64,000 nt of DNA from an uncultured Lachnospiraceae bacterium (GCA_964432825.1 CAYSOX010000003.1:10682-74681); one strand, 5' to 3'. Shown: positions 1 to 10,301, counted from the first letter of the stretch. Numbers and translations: made by a program. Notes: a model not told the origin generated them from the letters alone.

Positions 1-499
1 CAAAAAAGCCTATTAATAATTCAATTGTATAGCCCGCTAAAATATCGGTTAAAAAATGTTGACCTAAATACATTCGGTTTACACCATTCCACACCAAATA
101 CAGTCCACATAAGATATACGAAAGAACCTTTTGTGCTTTTGTTGGATTCGTTCTGTATAGCCAAAACAAAGCGAATATTACAACACACATACTGGTAATA
201 CTATGCCCACTTGGAAAAGAGGTTCCGCTTGCATTAAATATTCCCCTAATTTCTTCATATTGAACATAAGGCCTTTGCCGTGCAATAATTTCTTTTAAAA
301 GTATTTGCACTGCGGTACTTATACCAACAGTTATCAAAAAATAGAACGAAAGCATTCTTTCTTTATTTAAAAATAGTACACAAAATAACACTAGAACTAT
401 TATAAAATCACCAAAATATGAGAAAAATGCCATAAAATAATCGGTTGTTGGAGTGCTAAATTGTTGCAACCATTTAATTATTTCCGCTTCAAACTTCAT
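1..499 (-). CDS. PAP2-family phosphatase (undecaprenyl-diphosphatase-like), runs off the left edge
   Basis: Not in the ORF track. ATG at 499 after GGAGA gives MKFEAEIIKWLQQFS...; PAP2 motifs K-x6-RP, SFPSGHS and RMYLGQHFLTDILAG read on the minus strand. Confidence 0.85.
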   Translation of the reverse strand, partial: MKFEAEIIKWLQQFSTPTTDYFMAFFSYFGDFIIVLVLFCVLFLNKERMLSFYFLITVGISTAVQILLKEIIARQRPYVQYEEIRGIFNASGTSFPSGHSITSMCVVIFALFWLYRTNPTKAQKVLSYILCGLYLVWNGVNRMYLGQHFLTDILAGYTIELLIGFF

Positions 500-516
500 A
501 GGTAAATCTCCAAAAT

Positions 517-1140
517 TTATTCATTTGATTTATAATTTCCCTTGCCATCTTCTTTTGCAAAATTATCAAAGTTTTCAAAGGTGAAAATATTTTCATATCC
601 ACTAATATGCTCATCAATTTTAACCCGTCCAATTGCACCCGTAAAAACTGTTTGCAATCCCGACAAACTTTCTTCATCGTATATTGTTATGGCGTATGAA
701 TTTCTATCCAATTTCTTTACTCTAACTTCAAACGAATCTTTTTCGTTTTGAATATTGATATACAAAAAGTCCTCATTACATTCAATCTGTAATAAATCAC
801 TTTTATGGTTATAAATAAACCCATAATCTATTTGTTTAATCTTAGGATTTTCAGCATCATCATATGAAAGTATCATACTATAACTATCCAAAAACGAACT
901 AACCCCATCAAGAACAGTTCCAACACACGAACAAAACATATTTTCTTCTAAAACATCGACATCGTATAATATTTTAAAGAACTCCTCTTGTGCACTATCT
1001 AGTTTTGAAATGAATTGCTTAGTATTGTTTACATTAAAAGTCTTATCGTCCACACTAGAAGACTCATCATCTTTGCAACCAATAAAAATAAATGGTACAA
1101 AAATACAAAGAACTATTGATAAAAGTCGCTTAACTTTCAT
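517..1140 (-). CDS. Hypothetical lipoprotein
   Basis: 207 aa; basic N-terminus, hydrophobic stretch and lipobox-like FIGC. Confidence 0.65.
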   Translation of the reverse strand: MKVKRLLSIVLCIFVPFIFIGCKDDESSSVDDKTFNVNNTKQFISKLDSAQEEFFKILYDVDVLEENMFCSCVGTVLDGVSSFLDSYSMILSYDDAENPKIKQIDYGFIYNHKSDLLQIECNEDFLYINIQNEKDSFEVRVKKLDRNSYAITIYDEESLSGLQTVFTGAIGRVKIDEHISGYENIFTFENFDNFAKEDGKGNYKSNE

Positions 1141-1564
1141 TTGACTTCCCCCTCAAATTTAATTCATTTAAAAACTCATCTTCAAGTTTTGGAGAAATGT
1201 AAACTTTATTAAATTTTCTTCTTTCATTCTTTCCAAAACTCAACTTAATACACCTCTTTGCAAGTGAAAAATTTTTTGTAAGTCTATTTATTTTTTCGGC
1301 ATTAATTATATCACTTTTTTTTATTTCAAATCTAATATATCCAAATACAATCGTCACATTTTTATCATCAACTTCATACCAAACTCGCACATATAGTATT
1401 ATCATAAAAAACGCTACAATGCCCAAAATTACAGGTATTATGTGTCGCATAGCACTATCTAAAAATATTTCCGCAAGCACAGAAATTGAAGCACACAAAA
1501 TTATCATCACCACAAAAAATGTAGTAAAAATCGCATCCCTTTTTGCCTTATAAATCTTGCTCAT
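1130..1564 (-). CDS. Membrane-anchored bacterial PH-domain protein
   Basis: Two TM helices followed by YEVDDKNVTIVFG...VYISPK..DEFLNEL; start placed at ATG 1564, overlapping the queH stop (ATGA). Confidence 0.6.
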   Translation of the reverse strand: MSKIYKAKRDAIFTTFFVVMIILCASISVLAEIFLDSAMRHIIPVILGIVAFFMIILYVRVWYEVDDKNVTIVFGYIRFEIKKSDIINAEKINRLTKNFSLAKRCIKLSFGKNERRKFNKVYISPKLEDEFLNELNLRGKSNES

Positions 1565-2097
1565 TGCAACCCACATCCACAATAAGTTTGTCTATATATA
1601 TTTAACAATTTGCAAAGTTCAATACTTCTTTTAAACCCTTCCTTTTTCTTAAAATCTCTTTGCAAAAATTCCACATTATACATATTTTCAAGACTTGCAC
1701 CAATTTTATTTATTTGGGTAGCATTTTTATGTGGAGAAACCGTCAATGTGGTTGTGAAACAATCAAAACCCTTCTGTTTACAAACCTTTGCCGTTTGTTC
1801 CAGCCTAAATCCTATGCATTTTTCACAACGAATTGAACCCTCTCCCATATTTTCAAAACCCTTTATCGCATCAAAAAACTCGTTTGGATTATATTCTTCA
1901 ATAATTAATGGCAAATTGTGAATTTTTGCAAGTTTTACCAATTCATTAAGCCTTTTATCATACTCTTCTTTAGGTAAAATATTTGAATTAGAAAAATAGA
2001 GTGTTATATCAAACATCTCTTCATTTAAGAGCCTTTCAATAACACTCGTAGCACAAGGTGCACAGCAACAATGTAACAGTAATTTCTTCTTTTCCAT
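1561..2097 (-). CDS. queH: Epoxyqueuosine reductase QueH (DUF208)
   Basis: LLLHCCCAPC, RCEKC, TTLTVSPHK, YRQTYCGC; likely start MEKKK at 2097. Confidence 0.92.
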   Translation of the reverse strand: MEKKKLLLHCCCAPCATSVIERLLNEEMFDITLYFSNSNILPKEEYDKRLNELVKLAKIHNLPLIIEEYNPNEFFDAIKGFENMGEGSIRCEKCIGFRLEQTAKVCKQKGFDCFTTTLTVSPHKNATQINKIGASLENMYNVEFLQRDFKKKEGFKRSIELCKLLNIYRQTYCGCGLQ

Positions 2098-2098
2098 A

Positions 2099-3889
2099 CT
2101 ACATTTTCTCAGGAACGGCAATTGCTAAGCAATTTAAACCATCTTGTAAATATCTTAAAACCAATTCAGAAATTGTCAAATAACTATTTCGCTTTTCAGC
2201 ATCTGGTTCGGAAATAATTTTTGTATCATTATAAAAAGATGAATACGCACTTGCCAAATTATATAATGCGTTACATACTTGACTAGGCGAAAGATTTTCT
2301 AACGCAAGCCTAAATGATTCAATTAACTTTAAAATTTCAATTAAAATATTTTTCATTGATTTAGTCGTGAATTTTAACTCTCTTTTCCACTCGCCAGCCT
2401 TCTGCAAAACTGACTTTATTCTTACGGCAGTATATTGTAAATAAGGGCCCGTTTTCCCTTCAAAAGACATAAAACTATCCAAATCAAACACATAATCTCT
2501 TGAAACATCATTTGATAAATCACCAAACTTCATAGCCGAAACACCAATATCTAGTGCCAAACCTTCAGAGTTTTCCTTAACGCCATTGGCATTCAATTTT
2601 TCTTTTGCCTTGTTTTTCACCATATCAATTATATCTTGAAGTTTTATCGATTCACCCGAACGCGTTTTAAATGGTTTTCCATCCTTACCATTCATTGTTC
2701 CGTAACCTATATGTGTAAGTTTAACATTTTCTGGGCAAATATCTGCCATTCTGCAACATCTAAACACCCCCTCAAAATGGGTTGCTTGTCGTTTATCTAC
2801 AATATATATAATTTCGGATAAATTTTTATTTGTTTCAACTCTTTGCATAATGGTTGCAATATCTGTCGTCGCATACAAATCTCCACCATTATGCTTTTTG
2901 ATTATAACTGGTGGCATTGGGTTTTTATAAAGTTGACGCTCATCTGGGTCGTCTGGATTTTTCTTTGGAATCGGAATATGTTCACCCTCTCTTGCAACCT
3001 TTACAATAGTTGCACCACCGCTTTCCTCAGTTAGTCCTCGTGTTTCAAAGGCTTCAACCGTTCTTTTAATATAAGGATACGCATCACTCTCTCCAAGCCA
3101 TAAATCAAACATACAATTTAATTCATTATAGTTTTTAGAAATTGCAGATATACTAACCTCTCTAATATCCTTCCAAATTGTATAAATAGGCTCTTCCTTT
3201 CGTTGAAGACGCAAGGTGTAGTTTTCCGCTTTTATCTTAAATTCTTCATCCGTCTTACTTCTTTTTGAGGCTTTTGGATAGTTTTCATTCAAAAAATCTA
3301 GTGTAATTTGAGGCTTTTTATCGGTTTTCCCATAATAAAAATCCAACATATTATATTCTTCAAGCATTGCCATTACAAGTCCCATTTGCAAGCCCCAATC
3401 CCCCAAATGGACATCACTTACCGTATGGTAGCCAAATTTATTGTAAATTCTTTTGATACTTTCACCAATAATGGGCGACCTTAAATGCCCCATATGTAGT
3501 TCTTTTGCAATATTTGCACCGCCATAATCTAAAACTACCGTTTTATTTTCTCCCAAAGATTTGTTTATACCATATTCTTTATTTTCATAAATTTCTCTCA
3601 ATAGTTCTTTTACTCCGTAATCGTTCAATGCAAAATTTATAAATGCAGGAGCAACGACACTGATATCACATAAAGTTTTTAACTCTCCATCGATATTTTC
3701 TACTATCTTGTTTGCCAATTCTTGAGGATTTGTATGCAATTGTTTTGCCAACTGAAACGCAATATTGCTTTGAAAATCGGCGATTTCTGGACGAGAAGAA
3801 AAACTAACAATATTTTCCTTTTCTAAATCAATATCCAGTTTTTTTAATGCATTTTTTATTGATTTTTCTATTAATAATTTAATTTCCAT
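2099..3889 (-). CDS. argS: Arginine--tRNA ligase
   Basis: DYGGANIAKELHMGHLRS, GDWGLQMG, FKTRSG, GKTGPYLQY, C-terminal PEKM. Confidence 0.97.
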   Translation of the reverse strand: MEIKLLIEKSIKNALKKLDIDLEKENIVSFSSRPEIADFQSNIAFQLAKQLHTNPQELANKIVENIDGELKTLCDISVVAPAFINFALNDYGVKELLREIYENKEYGINKSLGENKTVVLDYGGANIAKELHMGHLRSPIIGESIKRIYNKFGYHTVSDVHLGDWGLQMGLVMAMLEEYNMLDFYYGKTDKKPQITLDFLNENYPKASKRSKTDEEFKIKAENYTLRLQRKEEPIYTIWKDIREVSISAISKNYNELNCMFDLWLGESDAYPYIKRTVEAFETRGLTEESGGATIVKVAREGEHIPIPKKNPDDPDERQLYKNPMPPVIIKKHNGGDLYATTDIATIMQRVETNKNLSEIIYIVDKRQATHFEGVFRCCRMADICPENVKLTHIGYGTMNGKDGKPFKTRSGESIKLQDIIDMVKNKAKEKLNANGVKENSEGLALDIGVSAMKFGDLSNDVSRDYVFDLDSFMSFEGKTGPYLQYTAVRIKSVLQKAGEWKRELKFTTKSMKNILIEILKLIESFRLALENLSPSQVCNALYNLASAYSSFYNDTKIISEPDAEKRNSYLTISELVLRYLQDGLNCLAIAVPEKM

Positions 3890-3895
3890 ATAACT

Positions 3896-4393
3896 TTACC
3901 TTTCATTATTATTTTGTATTATTAAAAATTCCATAGGGATAATAGTTAAGCCCGACCGCACTACTGCCGAACCGGTGACCCGAAAGCCTGCAAGCAAATA
4001 CATTTCTTTAAAACAATTTATTGCTTTTATTTTGAAAAAACCAACTTTGTTTGAATTTGCACATTTGCGAGCAATATATTCAAGCATAGCACGACCCACC
4101 CAAGAACTTTGCTTTATTAAAGTGTATGCAAAAAATGGAACCTCTCCTCTTTCTGGATGATAAATCACCGCCGAAACAATAGTTTTATTTATTTTCATAA
4201 ACTCAACTTTAAAACCATTGGTTAAATACTCAAAAAGTTTGTCGGCATTAAAGAACCGCATATTAGATATTGTTTTTAAAAGAATATCGTCTATTTTTAA
4301 TACTTTTTCGTTGGCAATAAGAAAATCATTAAAGTATTTTACAACTTCTTTACAATCTTCCTTATTTTTTACTTCCAAAATTGCTATTCCCAT
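3896..4393 (-). CDS. Divergent GNAT-like hypothetical protein
   Basis: 165 aa; VGRAMLEY and MYLLAGF resemble GNAT motifs A and B, but the acetyl-CoA loop is degenerate. Confidence 0.45.
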   Translation of the reverse strand: MGIAILEVKNKEDCKEVVKYFNDFLIANEKVLKIDDILLKTISNMRFFNADKLFEYLTNGFKVEFMKINKTIVSAVIYHPERGEVPFFAYTLIKQSSWVGRAMLEYIARKCANSNKVGFFKIKAINCFKEMYLLAGFRVTGSAVVRSGLTIIPMEFLIIQNNNER

Positions 4394-4399
4394 AATTTA

Positions 4400-4427
4400 A
4401 TTATAATAAATTTACTAAATTTTTCAA
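4400..4427 (-). promoter_or_regulatory. sigmaA-type promoter for the GNAT-argS-queH unit
   Basis: TTGAAA-N16-TATAAT; the -10 ends 6 nt before ATG 4393. Confidence 0.55.
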
Positions 4428-4568
4428 CTATTTTTATATATTAATTTTAATTTATAGAATTTCCTATTACCTAATTGGTGAAAAATGTGTAAGTAAAACC
4501 ATTTTTTAAGTTCTAAAAATTTCCCCTAACTTATCACCCCAAATTATTTCGACTGGTTGTATTAAACT

Positions 4569-4797
4569 GCACTAAAACTCAACTTTTTATATTTTAAAAG
4601 GCTGTCACTATTTATCTTGCCCAATTATATTCTCTAGTACTAACATTTAACTTTTTTTCATTTTTAAGTGTAACTATGATTTATTGTAAAGATTACACCC
4701 TTCAACTCCAACACTTAACTTGTTTTTATAATTATGTAACCTCTCAATCCATCTTGCCCCATTATATTCTCTAGCACTAAAACTCAACTTTTTATAT
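4569..4797. repeat. Degenerate tandem array, about 68-bp period, about 3.4 units
   Basis: Unit starts at 4569, 4637, 4705 and 4774; GCACTAAAACTCAACTTTTTATAT is exact at 4569 and 4774; ATCTTGCCC(A/C)ATTATATTCTCTAG occurs at 4614 and 4751. Confidence 0.8.
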
Positions 4798-4819
4798 GCT
4801 AAAAACAAGTTTATTTACT

Positions 4820-5476
4820 TTATCCCTCTAAAAGTTTTATATTTTCTGTTGGGGTGTTAGAATTAAAAATATACGAACCTGAAACTAAAATATCCGCACC
4901 TTTAAGTCGTAAAAGTTCGGCATTTTCACCATTTACACCGCCATCAACTTCCACTTTAATATTAGTTCCCAAAGACTTCACCCAAAAAACTTTTTCTTCT
5001 GAGCCTACAATATACTTTTGACCGCACCGCCCCGGAATAACACTCATAATCAAAACCACATCTGCTAACCCATCTTTTATGATTTTCTCAACCTTTTTCA
5101 CATCGGTATCAGGATTTATGGCAACACCTGCCAAGCAGTTTAACCGCCTAATCTCTTGCAAGGTTTTTTCCAAATCTTTGCAAGCCTCAAAGTGCACCGT
5201 TATGATATCGGCTCCCGCTTCGGCAAATTTTGTTATTTGGTTTTCTGGATTTTCAACCATTAGGTGGCAATCTAAAAGCAAGGTTGTTTTTTTTCTAAGT
5301 TTTTTTACAAAATCACAATCAAAAGTGAAGTTTGGAACAAAAACACCATCCATAACATCCACATGTAACATTTTCACATTATTCTCTTCAAGTAATTTGA
5401 TGTTTTTATTCAAAATTTCTTCATCATTATAATCAATTGCTATTATACTTGGCGAAACCTTTGCTAAATTGAACAT
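4820..5476 (-). CDS. rpe: Ribulose-phosphate 3-epimerase
   Basis: SPSI, HVDVMDGVFVPN, DCHLMV, EVDGG. Confidence 0.95.
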   Translation of the reverse strand: MFNLAKVSPSIIAIDYNDEEILNKNIKLLEENNVKMLHVDVMDGVFVPNFTFDCDFVKKLRKKTTLLLDCHLMVENPENQITKFAEAGADIITVHFEACKDLEKTLQEIRRLNCLAGVAINPDTDVKKVEKIIKDGLADVVLIMSVIPGRCGQKYIVGSEEKVFWVKSLGTNIKVEVDGGVNGENAELLRLKGADILVSGSYIFNSNTPTENIKLLEG

Positions 5477-5487
5477 AACTTCTCCTA

Positions 5488-6528
5488 TTATTTACCCTCA
5501 TATCTACGCCTTAATTGACCACACGCACCTTCAACATCACTTCCAAGTGTACGCCGTACTGTGGCGCTAACACCACCGCTTTTTACTTTATTAAAGAAAT
5601 TTTGGATTTGTGTTTCGGTCAATCCAGTTAAGCCACTTTCCTTTACATAATTATATCTTATAAAATTGAAGTGGCAATCAAACATATGGCTAATTTTTAT
5701 AATATTTTTTACATCCTCATCCGTCGTATTGCAATCCAATAAAATATACTCAAATGCTATACGCTTGTTTGTCTTTTGGTAATAATATTTTAATGCTTCC
5801 AGCAAATCATTTACACTATAAGCATTTGCAACTTTCATAATTTTTTTCCGAACCACATCCGTTGTTGCATGCAATGACACTGTTAAAGTCATTTTTAAAT
5901 CCATATTTGTCAATTCATAAATTTTATCAACCAATCCCGATGTTGAAATGGTAATTTTTCTAGGACTAATATTTAAACTGTTTGGAGACTGCACCAACTT
6001 TATAAATTTTACTACATTTTGGAAATTGTCGAGTGGCTCACCACTTCCCATAAGCACAACATTGGTAACAAGCCTTTCGGTGTTTGTTCCACCTAAATAA
6101 TTGTTAACCGCTAAAATTTGCGAGAGTATTTCCCCTGCTGTTAGATTCCGTTTTAATCCGTCAAGCCCACTTGCACAGAATTTACACCCCATTCGACACC
6201 CAACCTGTGTTGAAACACACAAGGTGTACCCGTATTTATACTTTAAAAGTACACCCTCTATCAAATCTCCCGTTTCTGTTAGTCTATATAAAAACTTTTT
6301 CGTCCCATCACTACTACTATCAAAACATTTTTCTATCACCAATGGACGGTCCACATATTTTGACTTTAAAAGTTCTCTATCTTCTTTACTTAAATTACTC
6401 ATCTCATCAAAAGCAACATAACTTGTTAACCATTCATATGTTTGAATAGCCCTAAATTTTTTTAACCCCAATTCTAGGAATTTTTCTTTTAATTCTTCTA
6501 ATGAATAATCTAATAAAATCTCTTTCAT
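5488..6528 (-). CDS. rlmN: Dual-specificity rRNA/tRNA methyltransferase RlmN
   Basis: CVSTQVGCRMGCKFCASG radical-SAM motif, MGSGEP, GACGQL. Confidence 0.96.
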   Translation of the reverse strand: MKEILLDYSLEELKEKFLELGLKKFRAIQTYEWLTSYVAFDEMSNLSKEDRELLKSKYVDRPLVIEKCFDSSSDGTKKFLYRLTETGDLIEGVLLKYKYGYTLCVSTQVGCRMGCKFCASGLDGLKRNLTAGEILSQILAVNNYLGGTNTERLVTNVVLMGSGEPLDNFQNVVKFIKLVQSPNSLNISPRKITISTSGLVDKIYELTNMDLKMTLTVSLHATTDVVRKKIMKVANAYSVNDLLEALKYYYQKTNKRIAFEYILLDCNTTDEDVKNIIKISHMFDCHFNFIRYNYVKESGLTGLTETQIQNFFNKVKSGGVSATVRRTLGSDVEGACGQLRRRYEGK

Positions 6529-6545
6529 AAAAATTTTTCCTCAAT

Positions 6546-7544
6546 TTATTTCTTTGTCTTTCCGTTTTTTTCTAAAACTACAGGATTGTTTATCTGAAAA
6601 TCGTTTGAATATATAAATTTATCTCCTAGTTTAATCTTTCTGCCATTTAAGATATCCGTTGCACGCAAAACCTTTCCTCCAGGAAATTGCAACTCTGTTA
6701 ACTCCAAAACACCCTTTCCGCATTGAACAAACAACCCATTTTTTATACTTGTCGGCTCTACCACTGTACCAACCGGCTCTTTAGTATCTGCCACATCAGA
6801 CATCTTTGCACGATAGATTTTGCAAATCTCACCATTTATACAACTAAATGCAATAGGCGAAGGATTTTGCCCCAAAATCTGACACTTAATTTGAGTTGCC
6901 GGCTTTTCCCAAACAATTCTTCCCTCTTCTTTGGAAATACGCTTTGTTACCGTGGCATCTACATGTGATTGCTTTATATATTCAACCGTTCCATTTTCAA
7001 TTTTATCAAGTGCGGTAAGCACTAGCCCTGCCCCCAAATTCGCAAGTCTTACAGCAAGTTCGCCATAAGTTTCATTCTCACCAATCGGCAATTTACCCAT
7101 CAAAATGATATCTCCAGTATCAAGCCCGGCTTCCGTTCTCATAATAGTTACACCCGTTTCAGTGCAACCCTTCATAATTGCCGTTTGTATTGGACTTGCT
7201 CCTCTAAACTCAGGAAGCAAACTGCCATGGACATTTATAATTCCATATTTCGGTATATCAATAATCTCTTGCGAAATAATTTGACCATAACTTGCCGTAA
7301 CCATAATATCTGGTGCCAAATTACGGATAGTTTCAACCCCGTCTCGCGAAAGTTTTTCAAATTGCATAATTGGAATATTGTGTTCCAATGCAAATTCTTT
7401 TACTGGTGAAAATATTATTTTTCTGCCTCTATCTTGAACACGGTCGGGCTGAGAAATAATTCCAACAACTTCATGCCTACTTTCAAACAACGCCTTTAAT
7501 GTCGGTATAGCAAATTCTGGTGTACCCAAAAATACAATTTTCAT
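6546..7544 (-). CDS. fmt: Methionyl-tRNA formyltransferase
   Basis: FLGTPEF, INVHGSLLP..RGASPI, GLDTGD. Confidence 0.96.
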   Translation of the reverse strand: MKIVFLGTPEFAIPTLKALFESRHEVVGIISQPDRVQDRGRKIIFSPVKEFALEHNIPIMQFEKLSRDGVETIRNLAPDIMVTASYGQIISQEIIDIPKYGIINVHGSLLPEFRGASPIQTAIMKGCTETGVTIMRTEAGLDTGDIILMGKLPIGENETYGELAVRLANLGAGLVLTALDKIENGTVEYIKQSHVDATVTKRISKEEGRIVWEKPATQIKCQILGQNPSPIAFSCINGEICKIYRAKMSDVADTKEPVGTVVEPTSIKNGLFVQCGKGVLELTELQFPGGKVLRATDILNGRKIKLGDKFIYSNDFQINNPVVLEKNGKTKK

Positions 7545-7547
7545 AAT

Positions 7548-8027
7548 TTATCTCCCTCCCTTCTTTGGTTCGTCAATAACTTTATCTATAAACAATATAC
7601 CATCCAAGTGGTCACTTTCATGTGCGACCGCTTTTGCCGAAAAACCCGTAAAAGTTCTTGTAAATTTTTTGCCATATCTATCAAAGGCATTAATAACAAC
7701 GACATTTGGTCGCTTTACCATCCCATAATATTTAGGAACACTTAAACATCCCTCTTCTAAAATAGGACAACTTCCACTAACTTCTACAATTTCGGGATTT
7801 ACAAACTCAACAAATTCTTCGTTTTCATCAAATGCTATAAAAACTCTTTTTAACACGCCTACTTGAACAGCACTTAGCCCCGCACCATTTGCCTTTCGGA
7901 CGGTATCCAACATATCATCCAACAATTGATGAAGGCGTTCGTCAAAATTTTCAACTACCCTAGATTTTTTTCTTAAAAATTCCAAATCTTCAGGCTTGTC
8001 AATTGTTAATATCTTTCTTATTGCCAT
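7548..8027 (-). CDS. def: Peptide deformylase
   Basis: GAGLSAVQ, EGCLS, HESDHLDG. Confidence 0.96.
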   Translation of the reverse strand: MAIRKILTIDKPEDLEFLRKKSRVVENFDERLHQLLDDMLDTVRKANGAGLSAVQVGVLKRVFIAFDENEEFVEFVNPEIVEVSGSCPILEEGCLSVPKYYGMVKRPNVVVINAFDRYGKKFTRTFTGFSAKAVAHESDHLDGILFIDKVIDEPKKGGR

Positions 8028-8031
8028 ATAA

Positions 8032-10239
8032 TCACCTCAAATCCAATGCATTTACTTCTATAAATGTCTGAACATTTTTTTGCTTATTTTCTCTATCTAT
8101 ATTAAACAATTCTTGCACCACTTGACTTTCAAACTTCGGCTCTAACCTCATTATGATTTGGTATCTAAACTTTTTCATAATTCTAGAAAGTGGCGAACGC
8201 ATCTTGTTTAAATAAATAAATGCTTGCGGATATTTTTCTTTTAATTTTAATACACTATTATAATACACTTTTAATTGCTCAATTGCAAGACTATTTTCCT
8301 CACTCGTGAATAATATTCTCACAATTGTGGAAAATGGAGGAAATTTTGTAACTTCTCGAATGTTAATTTCTTTTTTAAAAAAAGCCAAATAATCATAATC
8401 TTTTGCCATATTATACACATAATGATTTGGTGAATAACTTTGCAAAATCACCACTCCATTTTTATCGGCTCGACCCGCTCTCCCAGCAACTTGAGTTACA
8501 AGTGCAAAAGTTCTTTCTGTTGCAAGGTACGATGTTTGATATAAAGCAAGGTCACTTTCTAAAATACCAACCAAAGTAACCGACGGAAAGTCGTGACCCT
8601 TTGCAACCATTTGAGTTCCTACCAAAACTTGTGCTTCTTTATTTCTAAACTTTGCCAAAATATTTTTGTGTGCATCTTTAGTTTTTGTAACATCATTATC
8701 TAATCTTAAAACCTTAACATCAGGAAAAAGGCTTTGCAACTCTTCCACAACTCTCTCCGTTCCAATTGAACCATACTTAATGTTATCACTATGGCACTCC
8801 GGACACTCACTAAACACCTTAAACCTATTTCCACAATAATGGCATTTTAAGGCATTTTCTTCTTTATGTAATGATAACGACACATCACAGTCGGGACATT
8901 TTGCGACCCAGCCACACTCTCTGCACTGCACAAAAGAGGCAAAACCCCGCCTATTAATAAACAATATTGCTTGATTCCCATTTTTTATGCATTTCTCTAA
9001 TTCCACTTTTAAAGCATTAGAAAATATACCATTGTTGCCAAGCCTTACCTCTCTTCCCATATCAATAATATTAATTTGGGGCAAGGTTTGACCATTTACA
9101 CGCTCTAACATTTCAATTAATTTATATTCACCACTTAAAGCCTTGCTGTATGAAACCATAGAAGGTGTTGCACTTCCAAGTATTAAAATAGAATCATTAT
9201 ATTTTGCTCTAAATTCCGCAACCTTACTTGTAACATAGCGTGGATGAGACTCGCTGAAATATGAGCCATCATGTTCCTCATCCATAATTATAACTCCAAG
9301 ATTTTGAATGGGGCAAAACACCGCCGACCGCGCACCAATAACTATCCTTGCTTCACCTAGTAGAATTCTTTTCCATTCATCAAATCTTTCTCCTGCACTT
9401 AATCCACTATGAAGCAACGCAACAGTATCCCCAAACCTTGCTCTAAAGTTTAATAACACTTGCGGAGTTAATGATATTTCAGGAACTAAAACCATTGCAT
9501 TTTTTCCGTCTTGAATAACCTGCTTAATAACATTCATATAAACTTCGGTCTTTCCAGAACCTGTTATTCCGTGCAATAAATATTTCCCCGACCTATCCGC
9601 CAAAATGCTATCTACCGCGCGTTGTTGCAAATTTGTTAATACAATATTTTTCTTGTTTTGTTCTTCGTCGTCATTATATGGGGTTCGGTTTATATGCAAA
9701 AAATCAACATCTACCAAACCTAAATCTTTCAATTTACGAAGTGGCGAATTACCAAACTTTTTATTTAAAAAACTTTGTTCGACGCCATTAAAATTATCCA
9801 CCAAAAAGTCAATCAATCCCAACATTGCAGTAGCATTTTTCTTTAAGGTTAATTTGTATGCGGAAATTTCTGCTAAGTTTTTAGGCTTTATGATTGTTTT
9901 AAATACATCTCCCACCTTTCCACTTCTAAGTTCTGGAGGCAAAAACAATCTAATGCAATCGGCATAACCTATATAAAAAGTGTCTTTCATAAACTTTGCA
10001 AGTTCTAACTGTTCGGTTGTGACAACTGCCATTGGGTCTAGTGGTGAAACGATTGATTTTAATTTTTTTACATCATAATCCGTTTCATCTGTAATTGAAA
10101 TAATTAAACCTTCAATTTTTCGGTTGCCAAAAGGGACGAGAACTCTTTGTCCAACTACATAAGACTCATCCATTAAATAATCAAAAATTTTATCAATATT
10201 TGAACTTGCTATATCAACAATAACTTTCGCAATTTGCAC
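8032..10239 (-). CDS. priA: Primosomal helicase PriA
   Basis: GITGSGKT, DEEH, Cys zinc motifs, QVAGRAGR; GTG start. Confidence 0.97.
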   Translation of the reverse strand: MQIAKVIVDIASSNIDKIFDYLMDESYVVGQRVLVPFGNRKIEGLIISITDETDYDVKKLKSIVSPLDPMAVVTTEQLELAKFMKDTFYIGYADCIRLFLPPELRSGKVGDVFKTIIKPKNLAEISAYKLTLKKNATAMLGLIDFLVDNFNGVEQSFLNKKFGNSPLRKLKDLGLVDVDFLHINRTPYNDDEEQNKKNIVLTNLQQRAVDSILADRSGKYLLHGITGSGKTEVYMNVIKQVIQDGKNAMVLVPEISLTPQVLLNFRARFGDTVALLHSGLSAGERFDEWKRILLGEARIVIGARSAVFCPIQNLGVIIMDEEHDGSYFSESHPRYVTSKVAEFRAKYNDSILILGSATPSMVSYSKALSGEYKLIEMLERVNGQTLPQINIIDMGREVRLGNNGIFSNALKVELEKCIKNGNQAILFINRRGFASFVQCRECGWVAKCPDCDVSLSLHKEENALKCHYCGNRFKVFSECPECHSDNIKYGSIGTERVVEELQSLFPDVKVLRLDNDVTKTKDAHKNILAKFRNKEAQVLVGTQMVAKGHDFPSVTLVGILESDLALYQTSYLATERTFALVTQVAGRAGRADKNGVVILQSYSPNHYVYNMAKDYDYLAFFKKEINIREVTKFPPFSTIVRILFTSEENSLAIEQLKVYYNSVLKLKEKYPQAFIYLNKMRSPLSRIMKKFRYQIIMRLEPKFESQVVQELFNIDRENKQKNVQTFIEVNALDLR

Positions 10240-10265
10240 TAAATTTTATCCTCACAAAAATTAAA

Positions 10266-10293
10266 GGGTTGGTGTAAATTTTTACTCCAACCC
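10266..10293 (-). terminator. Intrinsic terminator after rpoZ
   Basis: GGGTTGG...CCAACCC stem followed by TTTAATTTTT on the minus strand. Confidence 0.6.
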
Positions 10294-10301
10294 GTAAATA
10301 C

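Noticed and set aside
4520-4550. T-box for argS (AATTTGGGGTGATAA on the minus strand)
   Set aside because: Lacks the GGTGGNACC core, terminator and stem I, and lies upstream of the predicted promoter
4569-4797. CRISPR array
   Set aside because: Repeats are degenerate, two 'spacers' share a 23-nt block, and there are no cas genes; kept only as a tandem repeat
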